Shown one piece after another: positions 37,286-50,176 of a stretch of 64,000 bases of DNA. The notes under the pieces are model-generated. The model was not told the DNA's origin. It made no database searches and saw only the letters and a list, made by a program, of their open reading frames with translations. The position numbers and the translations under genes were made by a program. This DNA comes from Felis catus. Its lineage: Eukaryota. The stretch is from contig NC_058368.1 of assembly GCF_018350175.1 (NCBI RefSeq), positions 170,874,001-170,938,000 of the forward strand, given 5' to 3'. Every line of letters begins with the position of its first letter. Position 1 is the stretch's first letter.

Positions 37286-39078
37286 TCCTCGTGAGCGTGG
37301 GCTGGCAGGAACCCGGCAGGGTTCCCTGGGTGTGTGGGAAGGCGGGTGGGTCGGGCTCTGGCGGGGTATCCCTCGGGGGATTAATGGCGCAAGAATTTTG
37401 CAAGAGTAAATCCAACTGGGAGAACTACGAACGCAAGAGGGAGTGAGTGATGACAGTGAGGGATGAGGCTGGCCTAAATTTAGAGGGCTGTGGAGATGTA
37501 GTATCACGCAGCTGCAGCACCCCTCCCAGGACCAAAAAAGTCTGGTAAAAAAGAGAAGGCACCCGTGCAGAGGATGACAAATCCTTCGGCTTTCCGCTTC
37601 CTCTGGCTTAGAATCGACAGCGCTGAATGAGAAAGCCTATAAACAAAGTCACTGCGACCCTGCGAATTGATCTTTCGCCAAACATTATCCTCAGAAAAGG
37701 GGGATCAGAAAGACCACCTTGAAAATAGAGAAGGGGTGTGGCAGGTGGCTTTCGCAGCCTCATGAAGTATTCTGGTTTTCGTTTACTTGAAGATGAGTAA
37801 CATTTCCAGTGGCTGCGAAGTCACGGATCGGATAGGATGTTTGACCAATCACTAAATGTCAGGTGTTTACAAATTATATTTACTAGGATATGTAGTTTGA
37901 GGACCATGAGAAGGAATACAATGCTACACCATTAGTCATGTTGGACAGACTTGCAATGAGAACAAATAATAATTCATAAATTTTTAAATGAATGTCGTTA
38001 AAAGAATCACCAAACACCACTTGGTAGTTATTATTGGCAGATTTTTAAAATCCTACCTCATTATTAAATCTTACCTCATCCATAGAAGGAATAATAATTT
38101 GGCTGGTGATTACTTTTCTATTATCTCACATGTAATCATCAGTAAAACTCACCTACCTTGAGGGGGCTCTTCAGTGGATTTAGTGAGGTATAAAGTATGT
38201 ATAAGACCTTATACAAAGCACTTTTCCACAACCATCTGAAATTATTATCCAAATATGTATGCAAACAAGGATCACGATAATTGGCCAATAATAACAAGCA
38301 AGTGAATAGAGCCCCAAGCATAACTCTTAAGGCAGATTACTTAATTTCTGAGTAGCTGAACTGGAATTTGGTTCAGGTCTGGAGAACTCGAATATGGGAC
38401 CTCTCAACCCCCACAAAACTCAAACTGTGTTTCAAGCTCTCTGTCAGGCACCTGTGCACAGTGGTGAGGACCAGAAATGAAAGACCTAATCCCTGCCCAG
38501 AAGGTTTACACAGTTGAACGGTGGAGAGGAACAAGTCCTCAACAAGTAGAAAATTAGGACCTCTTGTTATTAGGATTCAGCTGTAAGCACATTGCTCAGC
38601 AGCTCTGTGAATTCTCTTCACAGAACCCGGTAGAACATGTTTAAAACAAAATTAACTTGGCTTTTGTTGTTGTTGCTATTGTGATTGTTAGGGGGTGCTG
38701 CATAAAGTCATTACATCCCATTTATGCCCAGTAGGGAAATTTTTCTTTGCCTTTTCTTCTTCATCTGTTGTTGTGATTTTCTTGGTTAGAAAGAAGTTGG
38801 GGGTAATTAGAAACCACCCTATATCTATCAAAGTGGACTTGTACTGGAAAGCAAAACTGCGGGTTCAGAAAAAAAGAACATAATATCATCTGGAGCTGTT
38901 ATTGATGGCTTACTGTAGACCAGGCACAGTGCTAAGCATTTTACACATATTAGCTCATTTAATCCTGATAACAACCCTGTAAGGTATGCACTATTATTAC
39001 TGTACTCATAGGGGAACTGTAGTATATAGGGCCACAAACGAGTCCCCCACCCCAAAGTAGTTTGAAAATGGGGAAGTA

Positions 39079-39285
39079 AGAACACCTGGGTGGCTCAGTT
39101 GGCTAAGCAACCAACTCGGGTCATGATCTCAGGGTTCATGGGATGGAGCCCTGTGTGGGACTCTGTGCTGACAGCCCTGAGCCTGCTTGGGATCTTCTCC
39201 CACTCTCTCTCTGCTCCTCCCCCTGCTCACTCTTGCTCGCTCTCTCTCAAAAGATAAATAAATAAACATTAAAAAAAAAAGAAAA
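39079..39285 (+). mobile_element. Can-SINE
   Basis: TSD gaaaatggggaa(g/a)ta. Confidence 0.88.
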
Positions 39286-39632
39286 GAAAATGGGGAAATA
39301 ATCTTTCCATCTCGAGTTCAAGTATAAAAGAGACCTAATGTACTTGACTAGCTGTATGGAAGGTCACCCTAAAGCCACAAAACAGCTTCCCTGCCAAGCC
39401 CTGACTGTAATCAGATTGAATATATTAACATAGCTAAAGAAAGAATTTCCAAAAAGAAAAACAAAAAAATTGCAAGACACAGAAATAATATATCCAGGTG
39501 ACAATAAATCTAAAAGTAAAACAAACAAATAAATAATGAAAACACACATGCACAAATATCCCCCAGCTACTTGAAAATTAAAAAATCAAAAATCTGGCTT
39601 CTACATTCTTTGATCAAAAATAAAACCAAATA

Positions 39633-39889
39633 GGATTTGCGGGAAGATGGCGGCGTAGGAGGACGCTGGGCTCACCGCGCGTCCTGCTGATCACTTAGAT
39701 TCCACCTACACCTGCCTAAATAACCCAGAAAACCGCCAGAGAATTAGCAGAACGGAGTCTCCGGAGCCAAGCGCAGACGAGAGGCCCACGGAAGAGGGTG
39801 GATTTGGGTTAGTTGTAAATGTATATTGGAAACCTAGGCCAACTACTGAAAAATGTATAAAAAGAAATACAGTTGATATACTAAGAAAA
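39633..39889 (+). mobile_element. Chimeric retro-insertion: young L1 5' UTR start (39633 to ~39797) + ~90-nt AT-rich segment + short A tail
   Basis: Perfect 17-bp TSD aaaaataaaaccaaata at 39616-39632 and 39890-39906; YY1 motif AAGATGGCGG at +12 to +21; CpG-rich first part resembles the felid L1 5' end. Confidence 0.8.
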
Positions 39890-41395
39890 AAAAATAAAAC
39901 CAAATAATACATACTGTAGAATATAAATAAAAATATTTAAAATATTTAAAAATAAAACCCCCATAAATCAAAACCAGGAAATATGACAAATTCTATACTT
40001 AGACAATTTGACTCTGGAAAATTCATAGCCTTAATTCAAGTAAACAAATATTTTTTAAATGCCTGCTGTAGGAAAATTGTTGAAGCTGGGGCAGTTTATC
40101 TGTGACCCCCAGCCAATTCCAGAGCTAGATTTAATCCTGAACGTTTTATTTACATAATCCAGTAAATTTCTTTTTCTTTTTTTTTTTTTAAGTCCATTTG
40201 AATTGTCTTTGAATTCTCTCATTTAGAATGAAAGAGCCTGTAGGGAATAGAGGGCCCATTTTCTCTTGCAACACTTTATTCCTTTGTTCTACCCAGCCAA
40301 GGCCAGCAGCCATGTGAAAACAAGGAGGAGTGCTGTTGGGAGGAGACACCCTAGTGGTAGCTGTACAGGAAGGAGGGACCTGAAATGTTTCTTCTACAGC
40401 CATGGGGAGACAAAGGGCAATTCCTGCCTTCCTACGCAGCTCCTGAGCCTCGCTGGAGAAACCTATGCATATAAGCCATTCATACTAGATTGGAAGAATA
40501 AATATGTGAAAATTATCTATTTCCTCTGTTATTGCAAGTATCTCAAACACCCAAGACTGAGTTTAATCCAGTTTCCTTAAGGCCAAGCTACATTTTCTAC
40601 ATTTAGTTTCCATGAAATTCTCCTCTATCCTCTCCATAAGCCTTCTTCACACCTTTCGAATGGGTTTCTGCTCCTTGTAATCAGTCCCTGACTATGCTAG
40701 ATGGACCAGGCTTGGTCCATCCCCTCAAGGTAATTTTTTACATGCTTCAACAGATAGGTTAACATCAGCTATGGTATTAACCAAATACTCTTGTCAAGGA
40801 AAGAGGCAGAAGACTTCCGACAAATTACTAAACATAACCGAGCCTTGGTTTCCTCACTTATAATATGGCATTAAGAATATCTCCTTGGCAGGGTGGTTAT
40901 AAGCGTTCAAGACAGTGGCTGCACAGTTTTTGGCACCTCATTCATGGGTATTAGGGGCTGGAGAGGAACGCTTGCGTGAGAACATGAGTAAGGGCACAGA
41001 GTAGAGGTCTCCCAAGTCTCCCCTGCACCTGCAATGCAGGAGGCATTGTGAAAATAGGGCCGTCCAGCCCTCTCCTGAAACTACCAAATCAGTCTTTGGG
41101 AATGGGATTTAAAAATGTGACTTTGAACAAGCCCCACTGGATGATGTCACATAGCTAATCTAAGACCAGTCTGCCTGGTGTTTAAGAACTACCAGGAAAG
41201 AAAAAGAAGCCAGGTTTGTGTGTGAAGAGAGCAGGCCAGAGGAACAGCCAACTGTTAAGAATCAGTGGGCAAAATACTGAATTATCCATGGTATTTATAT
41301 TTGTTGCTTAGTTTTGGTGTTTTACTTTTTTATGGTGTCTGCTCTACTGTTTTCAAGCTTATGCTCATTTGTTTTAAAAAAATATGTACACTTTT

Positions 41396-41606
41396 TTTTT
41401 TTTCAACGTTTATTTATTTTTGGGACAGAGAGAGACAGAGCATGAACGGGGGAGGGGTGGAGAGAGAGGGAGACACAGAATTGGAAACAGGCTCCAGGCT
41501 CTGAGCCATCAGCCCAGAGCCCGACGCGGGGCTCGAACTCACTGACCGCGAGATCGTGACCTGGCTGAAGTCGGACGCTTAACCGACTGCGCCACCCAGG
41601 CGCCCC
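41396..41606 (-). mobile_element. Young SINEC_Fc
   Basis: CpG-rich; TSD aaaatatgtacactttt. Confidence 0.95.
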
Positions 41607-41640
41607 AAAAATATGTACACTTTTTAAAAAAAAATTTGTA

Positions 41641-41890
41641 GGGGCGCCTGAGTGGTTCAATTGGTTAGGTGACTTTGGCTCAGGTCATGATCCCCACAGT
41701 TCATGAGTTTAAGCTTTGCATCTGGCTCTGTGCTCCCAGCTCAGCACCTGGAGCCTGCCTCAGATTCTGTGTCTCCCTCTCTCTCTGCTCCTCCCCCGTT
41801 CACACTCTGTGTGTCCCTGTCTCTGTCTCTCTGTCTCTGTCTCTGTCTCTCTCTCAAAAAATATATATATATATTTAAAAAAAATTTTTT
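41641..41890 (+). mobile_element. SINEC_Fc-type SINE, adjacent to a short antisense SINE remnant (about 41891-41971)
   Basis: ggggcgcctgagtggttcaa head and (CTGTCT)n tract; the remnant ends gagccagccagacactccc. Confidence 0.85.
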
Positions 41891-42914
41891 TAAGTAAGAT
41901 CTAGGCCCAATGTGGGGCTTGAACTCACAACTCTGAGATCAAGAGACCTACTGAGCCAGCCAGACACTCCCAAAATATGTACACTTTTAATTAAGAAAAT
42001 TTAGGGCAACCGAATAATAAAACAGGCTATCTCAATGTATAGAAAATATTCATGTTAGGAGACCATAATTAAAACCAATGGAAACAAGCAAGCAAAACTC
42101 AAATTTTACCTGTTGTTCACGCATCAAAATACTCAGATGAAAATGAAGGCCAATTCACACTATTATGGTCATTATAAAGTATATGAATAACTGCTACCAC
42201 TTTCTGCATTGTAGATAGCATCTTTGGAATGTTTGATAGAGTCCTGTCACTGCTCTAAGGAGCTGTCAGCATGAACCCCATCTTGCATATTAGGAAACTG
42301 AAGCACTGAAAGTATAAGTAATTATCCTAAGACCACACAGCTAATGAGTGGCAGAGGTCAGATGGGACTGCTGTGCTAGGAGTTCCACTACCTTTCAGTA
42401 CAAAAGCTGATGCCTGGTCAGGGCAGGATGGCACCAGAATCTCCATCTGGGTGTGGTGGGCCACAGTAGCTCACAGGTATTCTGGTATTGCAAGTCTCTC
42501 AGGAGCCTGTGGGAGCTGAATCCAGGAGCTAAATTCAGCCAGCAGTTTGGACTGGCAGAAAAATACAAGAGTTGCTTCAGCTATAGCTGGGTACAGTTGG
42601 GAGCAGGTTGCTGTTTCCATCATGAGGGTGGTTATTGAAATTAAAGAAATTTCATATTGTGCTCAGGTCCACAAATGGTCACGAGAACATTGACTTGGGA
42701 CTGTACAGTGAGGCCAAGCAGAGGGAAGTGCTATCTCAAACACCGCTAGTTAGAGTGAGTGCTTGTAGTGCTTGAAAGAAAGGACTCTCCGTGGGGGGAG
42801 ATCATTGCCAACTAGGTCCATATCTTAAATGATCACCAAGGTACCTCTAATGAATTATTTCTTTTGTTTTCAATAATTCTTTTTTATTTTATTTTATTTC
42901 ATTTCATCTTCTTT

Positions 42915-42937
42915 CTTTTTTTTAATGTTTACTTATT

Positions 42938-42982
<45 letters not shown>

Positions 42983-43146
42983 ACAAGCAGGGGAGGGGCA
43001 GATCGAGGGAGACACAGAATCGGAAGCAGGCTCCAGGCTCTGAGCTGTCCGCACAGAGACCGACATGGGGCTCAAACTTACAAACTGGGAGACCATGACC
43101 TGAGCCAAAGTCGGATGCCTAACCCACTGAGCCACCCAGGTGCCCC
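42915..43146 (-). mobile_element. SINEC_Fc-type SINE with (GA)n
   Basis: Typical antisense body. Confidence 0.92.
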
Positions 43147-43168
43147 TATTTCATGCAATTCTCTAAAA

Positions 43169-43633
43169 CAAGGGTTGGCAAATGACAGCCCATGTGAGGT
43201 TAGGTCCCTTACCTTTTTTGTAAATACAGTTTTGTTGGAACCTAGGTACTGTCATTAATCTATGTGCTGTCTGTCTGTGACTGCTATCACACTACAATGT
43301 CAAGTTTGAGAAACTGCAACAGATACTGTATGGCCTACAAAGCTGAAAATACTACTATCTGACCCTTTATTAAGAAGCTTTACTGGGGCACCTGGATAGC
43401 TTAGTTGTTGGGCATCTGACATTGGCTCAGGTCATGATCTCACGGCTTGTGAGTTCATGCTCCAAGCCCTGCACTGGGCTCTGTGCTGACAGCTCAGAGC
43501 CTGGAACCTGCTTCGAATTCTGTGTTTCCCAATCTCTGCCCCTCCCCTGCTCATGCTCTGTCTCGCTCTCCTTCAAAAATAAACATCAAAAAAAATTTTT
43601 TTAATCCTTTAAGAAAAACTTTACTGACCTCTG
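43169..43633 (+). mobile_element. MER58-like hAT element interrupted by a SINE (43385-43605)
   Basis: caagggttggcaaat ... tgacctctg ends, 8-bp TSD c(t/c)ctaaaa; internal SINE head tggggcacctgg. Confidence 0.75.
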
Positions 43634-45192
43634 CCCTAAAACATATTTCAAAAATCTAGGTTTAAGATTCAAATTTGTAAAAAGATAAAACCAGGCTTGA
43701 AACACATCTAAGAGCTCTTATTTTCTGGAATCATGGGTACCAGAAGACATGGGAATGTGAAACCACTTGAGAAAGAACAAAGAGATTTCAACTGGACCAG
43801 AACTGGACCTTTGACTTTAAGTTCAATTACTGCTCCAGAGAATGAACTCTGTTAACCAGAAGGTTACATTTGTAAATATTCCAGCTCAGAGAACGTAGTA
43901 TTGCACTTGAACAAATAAAAGTGCAAAATAATTGTGACATAGTTTACCTTTTACAAACCTGATCTGGTATTTCTGATTGCATGTGCATTTTGTCAGAGAG
44001 GGAACTTGTATTATGTTTTCATACCTTTGTCAATTATTAAGGGCCTGCTCTATGCCAGAAATAACCCTAAAATATTCATATTCATACTCTGACTACTTGT
44101 GCTTTATCTCCTTCCCCCTTTTCTTGCACAGAAATAGAGCTCTTAACTTTTATTTGGTCACATCACAGCCCAGAATAAGAGACATTTCCGAGACACTGTG
44201 ACAGCTAGAACTCTGAATTGGCTTGGATCCTGCTAATCAGATGCACTTGCGAGAGATTTGTAAGGTGGAAGTCATACTTTTAGTGTTTCTGCACTCCTAC
44301 CACAGGTTTCTGTTTCCCAGTCCCCTGCCCCAGTACAAGATTGCTTTATGATCTTGGTCATCTTCCAGTAGCCTTAAGAAGATCTGCATGGGTGGCTCTG
44401 CTCTATTGTACTGTTCTTGAAGGAATCCTTGATTGTTTCTTCAGCCCTCCCACTGGTTCTCCAAGCCAGAACAAAACCTGCACTAAATCCCTTTCAGATT
44501 AAACTGAATGTTAAAATGAATTCTGTTCTCTGCAAGAGAACTCTGGTCGATACAAAATTTGGAATTGAGAAGTGGGGTTCTGCCCTAAAGGATATTAATG
44601 TACTTTGACTTAGTCCAAGCAGTAGATGATAAGGACAGGTCTAGCAGTGTGCAAAACTGGTTGTTGTTATTCAGTGGCGAAGTGTTTGATAAATGGTTAC
44701 CTAAAATGCCTTGCAGGGGAGATTACACATTGATCAAGCCTGTGGTGGTAGGTTAAAGGGTTGGAAAAATTCATAATGGTGTAAGTTGGTTACTTCTGCT
44801 ATCTCCAGCAAAGATTTACAAGAGAAAGATGAACTATATCTAGATCTAGGCAGCCTGCAAAGAAAAATGAAAGGAATATACCTATTATTAAGGAAAGGAC
44901 AGAAATCTAAAGCTGTAGCAAAGTATCTCAACCTATGGTGGAGAAATCTAAAATATTTGTGAGCCTAATAATTTGGTGCCTCGCAGTGTTTAAAAAGTCA
45001 ATTGTGTCTGTACTTCCACACTTAAGCAAAAATAAGAGTTTGTTCTGAAGGAGCACTGGGGCCCCAACTATTTACAAGTACCTCTTCAAAGCATTCTGGG
45101 CTAGACAATGAGAACAGCCCAGGAGCATAGATGAGATTAAGGGTGTTGCCCCACCATTCAAAACCCTTATTTTAGCATACTATGTTAGCCAC

Positions 45193-45654
45193 CCATACTA
45201 ATTTGCTAGGGCTGCTGTCACAAAGTAGCGCAAACTGAGAGGCTTGAACAGAAATTTCTTGTCTTATAGTTTCTAGAGGCTAGAAGTTCAAAGCCAAGGT
45301 TTCAGCAGGGTTGGTTTCTTCTGAGAGATGTGAGGAAGAATTTGTTCCATGAATCTCCCCTAGCTTCTGGTGGTTTACTGGCAACTTTTGGCATTCCTTG
45401 GCTTGTCGATGCATCACCTAGATCTCTACCTTCCTCCTCACACGACATTCTCCATGTATGCAAATCTGTGTCCAAATCTCCCCTTTCTATGAGAAACCAG
45501 TCATATTGAATCAGGGATCACCCTAATGACCTCATTTTAACTTGATTATCTCCATCCAAATTGATCATCTCCAAATAAGGTCACATTCTGACATACTAGG
45601 GTTCAAGTATAAAACATATCTTTTTTGGGAGGAACATAACTCAATCCATAAACA
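45193..45654 (-). mobile_element. MLT1C-like solo LTR nested in the above element
   Basis: ctagggctgctgtcacaaagt...ctagaggctagaagttcaaa...aataaggtcacattctg...ccataaaca; 5-bp TSD gccac. Confidence 0.8.
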
Positions 45655-45731
45655 GCCACCATTAGGTTGAAAAGAGATTGTGCAGAGCATAGTAGCTAAT
45701 AATTAAAACTAGATCTTAAGATTTAAATATA

Positions 45732-45935
45732 GGGGGCCTGGGTGGCTCAGTCGGTTAAGCATCCGACTTCAGCTCAGGTCATGATCTCACGGTCCGTGAG
45801 TTCGAGCCCCGCATCGGGCTCAGTGCTGACATCTCAGAGCCTGGAGCCTGCTTCTGATTCTATGTTTCCCTCTCTCTGGCTCTCCCCGACTCACACTCTC
45901 ACTTTCTCTCTCATAAATAAATAAACATTAAAAAA
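45732..45935 (+). mobile_element. SINEC_Fc-type SINE
   Basis: TSD atttaaatata. Confidence 0.9.
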
Positions 45936-46180
45936 ATTTAAATATATAATAATATGTATTCAAATTTAATATATATTTATATGTAATATCTAAGTGAGTT
46001 CTTTGGGTACAATTCTCATGCTGGAAGTGATCAGATGGAAGACTAGAAGCCTATCAAGTATATGAGGAAACTCTTTACCACCAAAACCATAAACCTGGTC
46101 TACCAGAGCCTGACTATCTGAGCACAAAGCAAACTTAGGTAGCCAAACCTTCATCAGAAAAGAGCAAGATGTGAAAGTGT

Positions 46181-46396
46181 TTTTGTTTTTGTTTTTTTAA
46201 TTTTTTTAAGTTTATTTATTTTGAGAGAGCAGAGGAGGGGCAGAGAGAGAGAGAGAGAGAGAGAGAGAATCCCAGGCATGCTCTGTGCTGTCAGTGCAGA
46301 GCCCTATGAGGGGCTCTAACCCACGAACTGTGGGATCATGACCTGAGCCAAAACCAAGGGTGGGACTCTTAACTGACTGAGCCAACCAGGTGCCCC
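46181..46396 (-). mobile_element. Can-SINE
   Basis: TSD gatgtg(a/g)aagt. Confidence 0.88.
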
Positions 46397-46654
46397 GGAT
46401 GTGGAAGTTTTATAGCCCCAAGAAAGGAAGACTCTCCGATGCCCAGGTCAGATGTGGTCCAGGAGTCTAATGGATAAGGAAGGACCTCCAAGAAAACAAA
46501 ACCAGTAGTCATGGAGATGTGAAAGGAACCAGAGGCTTTTAGATAGGCTAACCTAGAAAATTATAGTAGTCTAGTACCAGGGCAGAGGTCCCTGAAATTC
46601 CCACCCAGCATAATATTTTTATTATAGTTATCCTGGTCCTACTCTACCACTGGA

Positions 46655-46657
<3 letters not shown>

Positions 46658-46698
<41 letters not shown>

Positions 46699-46720
46699 TG
46701 TTGTTGTCGTTGTTGTTGTT
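46658..46720. repeat. (GT)n followed by (GTT)n microsatellite
   Basis: Direct reading. Confidence 0.95.
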
Positions 46721-48107
46721 GAACATGGGGGGATAACTTACATGCCACTTCTTGGGTCACCTGTCTACAGATAGCCAATCTGGGCTTGATGGAGAGGACT
46801 TTAAGTCATTCAGATATCCTGGCCTTTGAACTGGGTTCAATCTCTGGATGGAACTCTGAGGTCATACCTCATAGGTAGGGTATGAATTATTCTGTTTGGG
46901 GAAAAGGGCGTTCACAGAGCTCAGGGATAAAATGGATAGTCTATGGCAGACTGCTAGCTGTCCTCCAATAGCTATTCTCCCCCTTTCTTTTAATCTATGG
47001 CAATAGAACCTCTGATTTTTTATCTGCACACAAGACAATATGAATAAAGACTATATTTACAAGCCTCCAAGTTCTGTTTATGAGTTAGTTTCTGCCAATC
47101 AGATGCTATCTTGAAATATTCAGAAGGCAAGAGGCAGTTAGAGGCAATGCACAGGTCTCCGCTTTGCCTGTAGTGGCTTCTTGATCAAGGAGGCTTTCCT
47201 GAACCTGGTGGAGGTAATGTAGTTTTACAGCTGGTAACCATAGCAGCAGCTTCCCAAATGGGCAGGTAGCTTCCTGAATATAGAAGAAGCAGTAGGTCCC
47301 ATGGTGGCCCAGTTTTATGGTATAATCTCAAATTTGTTTTTGAGAGCTCAAACTATAACCTATTTTATTGGTCTTCCTTACAAATCTATAGGGCATTTCA
47401 GACTTTTCAGCAAATTCCTTGTATTTAAACTAGCAGAGAGATTATGTTACTGTAACTGAATGTGTCCAATACTGATTGAAATTTTATTTTTCTCATTTTA
47501 TGGGTGAAGAAACTAAGACTTAGAAACAGTAGGAAGCTGGTAAACCAGCTCTCTGTGGAGAAAGAAGTGCCCTCATTTGTAACATTTGCCAGCATCTGTG
47601 GTAAACCACAGTAAACCACGACTGATTTCAAGTCTCCAAAACAAGTCTCTTAAAAACTTGTAGGCAAAACTGAAAATTTAACCATTGGCTTCCACAAGTG
47701 GGCTCCTGCTCCAACCAGCCACTGCTTATAGAATTTAAGTAACTTTCCCAAGGTACCAAGTCAGTAAGTATTTAATGAAAAGATTTATTCCACCTGAAAA
47801 ATCATTATATTTTATCGAGAGAATTTTGGGCTGCCAACTCAATACTAAACAGACATTTACAACACATGGTAGAAGTGGGTTCAATGTCTTCCCTTCAGAG
47901 ACTTAGTTAATGAGCATTGAGACAGCAGTAGAGGAGTTTACAGTATTTTAAAAGCTTTTGATAGAATTTGGGTGGGTAGTCATTACCAATACCATTACAT
48001 GCACATGACAAAAAAATTAAACAGCTTGAGACTGTCAAGGTTGCAGATGGGACTTCAGAGGGAGGGAAATAATTCATAAATTGATACATTTAAAGTTGGT
48101 GCTCCTT

Positions 48108-48473
48108 AATCAAAACTACAATGAGATATCACCTCACACCTATCAGAATGGCTAAAATCAACCACGCAAGAAACAGCGGGTGTTGGCAAGGATGTGGAAA
48201 AAGAGGAATACTCACACTGTTGGTGGGAATACAAAGTGGCGCAGCCACCCTGAAAACAGTATGGAGTTTCCTCAAAAAGTTAAAACTAGAACTACCCTAT
48301 GATCCAGCAATCGCACCACTAGGTATGTGCCCCAAAATAAAAAACACTAATTTAAAGGGAAACACACACCCTGATGTTTATAGCAGCATTATCTTCAATA
48401 CCCAAATTATGGAAATACCCCAAGTGTCCATGGACAGATGAATGGATAAAGAAGAAATGGCATAGATAGATAA

Positions 48474-48513
<40 letters not shown>

Positions 48514-48913
48514 TGAAATATTACTCAGCCATCAAAAAGAATGAAATCTTGCTATTTGCAACAACATGAATGGAGCTAGAGAGTATTATGCTAAGTGAAA
48601 TAAGTCAGTCAGAAAAGCAGATCCCTTGTGATTTCATCGTATGTGAAATTTAAGAAACAAAACAAACAAGCAAAGGGGGGCAGAAGAGCGAGGCAAAGCA
48701 AGAAATAGACTTTTAATGATAAGGAACAAACTAGTTACCAGAAGGGAAATGGTGGGGAGGGAGGATGGGTTAAATAGGTGACCAGGATTAAGGAATGCGC
48801 TTGTGATGAGCAAGTGGGTGATATATGGAAGTGTTGAATCACTACATTGCACATGTGAAACTAATATTATGCTGTATGTTAACTAACTGCAATTTAATAA
48901 AAACTTTAAAAAA
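48108..48913 (+). mobile_element. 5'-truncated carnivore L1 (ORF2 C-terminus and 3' UTR) with internal (TAGA)n at 48463-48512
   Basis: MRYHLTPIRMAKI...LPYDPAI is the L1 ORF2 C-terminal region, frameshifted; AATAAA and A-rich end; degenerate TSD gttggtgct(c/t)ctt. Confidence 0.9.
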
Positions 48914-49916
48914 TTGTTGGTGCTTCTTGACTCTTATGGGACTGAGTTTGTGGTTGAAGTAATTATACAACTAATCTACTAAAAATTTCCAGAAGACCAC
49001 ATGGTGACTGGAAACCAGGTTTTCTTCAAGCACATTTTGATGATCATAGTATTGCTTTTTGACCTTAAATGAGAAGTAAAGAAACAGATAGTGTACTCGT
49101 TTTTTTTGTTTTTTTTTAGGGAGTGTTGTGAGGAACTTTGGTGCTGAGTCTAATGAGCTGGACCTGGGCCTTTGGATGAAGCCTCCAGAGCTGTGATTGT
49201 GACACCTTGGCCAAGGCCAAGGCTTTTAGGGAAATGATTAAGAAAGAACTTAAAATGAGATGACCTATTTTATTTTTAAAAATTTGATAAAAGAGCTGAA
49301 TCATCTGCTAAATTAAGAGATAAAATGTGTCAGTGTGCACAATAATGGATATTTCATACAGCTTAGCATTCCCAAAATTGCAAGGTGAGAGTGGTAGGAA
49401 AGAGAAGTGGAAAGGAAAGGAGCTGGGATGAAGAAAGATGGGACTGGGAAGTTTAGACTTGGCTTTGTCTGTTCCCTGAACACACCCGTCAAGCCCCTGC
49501 CCACTCCAGGCACTCGGGTAGAGGCACTGCAGGAGCCCAGGGTCAGCTGGGTCCTCAAGGGTAATTGACAGGAAGGTGACTTCTCCTTCTCTGGGTCAAG
49601 TGACCCAATAGGTTTTGCTCTTAACCATTGCCAGCTAACAAATCAAAGTATAACAAGGTTACGGATAGGTCTCAAAATCTGTTGTTTCTTTATATGGTGA
49701 GGATATAATTCAAAAGGGCGAAACATTTTGAGGCTGAGAGAATTCCTTATAAAGTAATAGGGAGTTCTTTGAATCCTGTTCTTCCTTAGATATAATTGCC
49801 TAAGAAAATAGTTTCCCTAGTTTCCTCCTATCATCTATGAAGAAACCATTATTGAATGAGTAGAAAACGTTACTGCTTGAGAAGTGAGAACAAATGCTAA
49901 GAAAATGGATATTTTA

Positions 49917-50176
49917 TTTTATTTTATTTTATTTATTTTTTATTTATTTTATTTAAAAAAAATTTTTTTTTCAACGTTTATTTATTTTTGGGACAGAGAG
50001 AGACAGAGCATGAACGGGGGAGGGGCAGAGAGAGAGAGGGAGACACAGAATCGGAAACAGGCTCCAGGCTCTGAGCCATCAGCCCAGAGCCTGACGCGGG
50101 GCTCGAACCCACGGACCGCGAGATCGTGACCTGGCTGAAGTCGGACGCTTAACCGACTGCGCCACCCAGGCGCCCC
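49917..50176 (-). mobile_element. Young SINEC_Fc
   Basis: Perfect TSD gaaaatggatatttta at 49901-49916 and 50177-50192. Confidence 0.95.

Larger units (their letters stand above)
36600..37450. promoter_or_regulatory. CpG island / STARD4 promoter, possibly bidirectional
   Basis: Sharp rise in GC and CpG density in an otherwise AT-rich, CpG-depleted window; GC-box-like ggcggg motifs; located at the 5' end of STARD4. Confidence 0.9.
44085..47475 (+). mobile_element. Ancient two-LTR element (LTR33-like LTRs at about 44085-44554 and 46940-47475, MaLR/ERVL-like internal region)
   Basis: Two diverged segments share motif order (tccccc...aatagarc...gaataa...aatcagatgc...aaatycct...ttaaact...gat); the first is followed by aaatttggaattgagaagtggggt, typical of the internal-region start. 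Boundaries approximate. Confidence 0.5.

Noticed and set aside
37034..37507. 157-aa minus-strand ORF and other ORFs over the CpG island
   Set aside because: GC-rich promoter sequence is depleted of stop codons; Pro/Arg-rich with no recognisable domain, and it overlaps the CCAAT/SRE elements.
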